Shown here: piece by piece, positions 61,638 through 64,000 of the stretch
Layout: each line of letters opens with the position of its first letter
How positions within the stretch are numbered: position 1 is the stretch's first letter
From: Candidatus Latescibacterota bacterium
GTDB lineage: Bacteria; Latescibacterota; UBA2968; UBA8231
Direction: 5' to 3'
Assembly: GCA_965204725.1 (NCBI GenBank)
Contig: OZ242005.1
Coordinates: 4,224,001 to 4,288,000 of the forward strand
DNA: 64,000 bases
The notes under the pieces: model-generated
The model's input: only the letters and a program-made list of their open reading frames with translations
Databases searched by the model: none
Told to the model about the DNA's origin: nothing
Made by a program: the position numbers and the translations under genes

Positions 61638-61675
61638 GAAGTGTGCCCCAGCTAGAACCAAGAAAGCGCAATACA

Positions 61676-62242
61676 ATGAGAAACTACGAACTCGTATGTA
61701 TCTTGGACCCCCAATTCGGCGAGGGCCAATACGAGCAAATCGTCGAAAAATACGAGGCACTCCTCGAGGAAAACGGCGGGGAAGTCGTCCGAATCGACAA
61801 TTGGGGTCTGCGGCGTCTAGCCTATACCTCGGCTAGCCTGAAGAACCGGCTCCAAGGCTACTACGTGCTCTACCAGTTTTCCGCCGCGCCGACGGCGATT
61901 GAAGGGCTAGAGCAGACGCTCAAGCTCGACGAAACGGTGCTGCGCTACCTCGTCACCGCTGTCGAAGGCGACTTCATCCACGTCCCCGAGCTAGCCGCCG
62001 ACAATTTCCTCGAAGAAGCCTTTGCCCGACCGGCCCGGGGCCCGAGGCACCGAGGTGGCCCGCACCGCGACTCCCGCGGCCCAAGATCCCGCGACGAGGC
62101 CCGCGGTGCTGCCCCTGAACGCGAGGCACTTGATGACGAGGAGAAGGTAGCGGAGGTAGCGGAGGTAGCGGAGGTAGCGGAAGTAGCGGAGGCAGGGGAT
62201 TCACCAGCAGAGGCCGTTGTCCAAGAGTCCGACGACTCTTAG
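61676..62242 (+). CDS. rpsF: 30S ribosomal protein S6 with long C-terminal tail
   Basis: MRNYELVCILDP, WGLRRLAY, GYY, VLRYL. Confidence 0.95.
   Translation: MRNYELVCILDPQFGEGQYEQIVEKYEALLEENGGEVVRIDNWGLRRLAYTSASLKNRLQGYYVLYQFSAAPTAIEGLEQTLKLDETVLRYLVTAVEGDFIHVPELAADNFLEEAFARPARGPRHRGGPHRDSRGPRSRDEARGAAPEREALDDEEKVAEVAEVAEVAEVAEAGDSPAEAVVQESDDS
62144..62188. repeat. 9-bp tandem repeat (GAGGTAGCG) x5, imperfect
   Basis: Encodes (V-A-E)n in the S6 tail. Confidence 0.9.
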
Positions 62243-62257
62243 AGTCGGCATGTGCCG

Positions 62258-63070
62258 ATGCTGATTCTGTTGGGCATAGTGCTGGCGGTCGCTTCGCTTT
62301 TGGCCAGTTTGCGCTACGGCTCGCGTGGAGCCTTGCCTTTGATCGGTCTGCTTTGCTTGGGCACCGCCATGCTGCTAGGGGCTACGTTGGGGCTAGTGCC
62401 CATTATGGGGTTGCTCGCCGTTTTGCAAATAGAGCGTCAGCAGACCTATGGTCGCGTCCTAGCCATGGCCTGCGCGCCGGCGGCGGGCTTGTGTCTCTGG
62501 CAGCTAATTCAGGTGCGCGATGGCGTCCATCGCCAAGAGCAAGCCGCCGCTGTCTTAGAGCAATTCCAAGCCTTGGGGATAGCCGTTGAGGAAGGCGGCC
62601 AGACGCTAGGCGCGATGATCGACGCGGTCCTGCGGGTGCAGCCGGCCATTGAGATGGCGACCCTGCTTTTGACTTTTGTCATAGCGTATCGGTTGAGTCA
62701 GGGCTTGGCCTTGCGGCTGGGGCTGGGGCTGCCTGCTCCCCTGCCGCTGTCCTTGTGGCGACCTTGGGAAGAGCTGATTTGGGTATTGATCGCGGCCTTA
62801 GGGCTAAGTCTTTTGGGCGACGGGTTGTTGGCCGATTTGGGCCTTAACCTGATCGTGTTGATGGGAATTATCTACGGGGTTCAAGGATTGGCGGTGCTGC
62901 GCTTTTTCGCCCAACGCCAACGGGTGCCGCTTTTGGTCGAGCTGTTGTTTTACATAGGGCTTTTTTTTGTCGCGGGATTGGCGTTTCTGCTCTTAGCAGG
63001 GTTAGGGCTTTTGGATACTTGGTTTGATTGGCGTCGGCTGCGTCCAACGCCCGCGGAGGAAGAAGCGTAA
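62258..63070 (+). CDS. DUF2232/YybS-like membrane protein
   Basis: Multiple TM helices, QGLAV, GLLDTWFDWR; position before rplI. Confidence 0.8.
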   Translation: MLILLGIVLAVASLLASLRYGSRGALPLIGLLCLGTAMLLGATLGLVPIMGLLAVLQIERQQTYGRVLAMACAPAAGLCLWQLIQVRDGVHRQEQAAAVLEQFQALGIAVEEGGQTLGAMIDAVLRVQPAIEMATLLLTFVIAYRLSQGLALRLGLGLPAPLPLSLWRPWEELIWVLIAALGLSLLGDGLLADLGLNLIVLMGIIYGVQGLAVLRFFAQRQRVPLLVELLFYIGLFFVAGLAFLLLAGLGLLDTWFDWRRLRPTPAEEEA

Positions 63071-63114
63071 GGCCCAAACAACATCGCCGTTTTCTATGAA
63101 GTGGAGGACAAGTC

Positions 63115-63558
63115 GTGAAAGTAATTCTGTTAAAGGACATTGAAACCTTGGGTTCGGCCGGCGAGGTCGTGGAAGTAAAGAACGGGTATGGTCGCAACTT
63201 CCTGATTCCTCGCAACGAGGCGTTGGTCGCTACCGTCGCCAACATGGCTCAGTTCGAGTCTAGGCGCAAACAGCAAGAGACCTTATCCGAGCGCGACCGC
63301 CGGGCCGCCGAGGCCCTCGCCAAGAAGCTCGAAGCGGAGTCTATCACCGCGCAGGTCAAGGTCGGTGAGGAGGATCGCCTTTTCGGCTCGGTAACCGCCC
63401 AGAACATCGCCGAGTTGCTCGATGAAAAGGGCTACGAGATCGATCGTCGCGCCATCCTTCTTGAAGACCCCATCCGCGAATTGGGTGTTTACAATGTCGA
63501 AATGCGCCTCCACCCGGAGGTGACAACAGCGGTCAAGCTCTGGGTCGTCAAGGAATAG
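63115..63558 (+). CDS. rplI: 50S ribosomal protein L9
   Basis: MKVILL, GYGRNFLIP, LFGSVT, LHPEV. Confidence 0.97.
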   Translation: MKVILLKDIETLGSAGEVVEVKNGYGRNFLIPRNEALVATVANMAQFESRRKQQETLSERDRRAAEALAKKLEAESITAQVKVGEEDRLFGSVTAQNIAELLDEKGYEIDRRAILLEDPIRELGVYNVEMRLHPEVTTAVKLWVVKE

Positions 63559-63598
63559 CGCGACGCTGGGTGCCCTCCCACCTCAACGGAGGTAATTC

Positions 63599-64000
63599 AT
63601 GCCAAGCAGGGTCTTGCTCCTTTGCTGGATGTGTGCCGCGGCCACCGGCTGCGCCCCGGAACATTCGGGAGGTCCCGGTCCCTTCGGGCGCGTCGGGCAG
63701 GAAGTATGGCGCACCGTAAACAGAAGCCACCGCGGGGCCGACGGCGTCTTGGTGCAGGCGACCTTGCACACCTTCGCCTATGAGATCGCCCGCGCCTATG
63801 CACGGGCTGAGCGCGAGGACTTAGGGCAGGAGCAGCTCGAATTCCGCATCAAGCAGCTACTCTACTCTTATGTTGATGGCACTTACCCAGCCGAAGACGG
63901 CACGGACCTCAACAACCTCTACTTTCAGTATCTGATCTACGTAAATCCGTCCTTCGACGTACATAACCCCCTACAAAAACGCGCCTTCAACATCTGGCGA
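63599..64000 (+). CDS. Hypothetical lipoprotein, runs off the window
   Basis: GGAGG RBS, ATG 63599, leader ending ATGC, open to the window end. Confidence 0.7.
   Translation, partial: MPSRVLLLCWMCAAATGCAPEHSGGPGPFGRVGQEVWRTVNRSHRGADGVLVQATLHTFAYEIARAYARAEREDLGQEQLEFRIKQLLYSYVDGTYPAEDGTDLNNLYFQYLIYVNPSFDVHNPLQKRAFNIWR

Noticed and set aside
62144-62188. CRISPR-like array, or a target of the RNA loop (CUACCUCC vs GGAGGUAG)
   Set aside because: No spacers or cas genes; an 8-nt SD-like match is expected by chance

Overview
This 64-kb window is the replication-origin neighbourhood of a bacterial chromosome. By inference it is an FCB-group organism, plausibly Ca. Latescibacterota-like, based on secreted proteins with FlgD-Ig/T9SS-like C-termini and a Bacteroidota-style S41 protease. 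The core is gyrA-gyrB-dciA-recF-dnaN-[DnaA-box region]-dnaA, divergent from rpmH-rnpA-yidD-yidC-mnmE-[2x parS]-rsmG-[second DnaA-box cluster]. It continues with a CDP-alcohol phosphatidyltransferase, tmk, ctpA, rng, rplU, rpmA, sucCD and two glycosyltransferases. Further right lie a cytochrome c maturation operon (CxxxY-type CcmE, CcmF-CcmH fusion), DegP/sigma54-activator/TPR genes and ispE-tRNAGln-rplY-pth-hppA-rpsF-DUF2232-rplI. The left 15 kb is accessory metabolism: squalene synthase, amidase, sugar-acid dehydratases, a sugar ABC transporter and secreted FlgD-Ig proteins. There are four tRNAs; no CRISPR array, integrase or transposase was seen. The best candidates for novelty are: (1) an unannotated ~160-nt structured minus-strand RNA (39754-39911) with its own promoter, terminator and anti-Shine-Dalgarno loop, transcribed divergently from an XRE regulator, with CACA-N8-TGTG palindromes in both promoters; (2) a GyrA C-gate-like helical segment inserted in the periplasmic protease CtpA; (3) a second, phased DnaA-box cluster where parAB would normally be; (4) a CCWGG-decay/CTAG-rich mutational signature and an AT shift centred on the origin. 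All calls were made by eye from the sequence; no database search was run.
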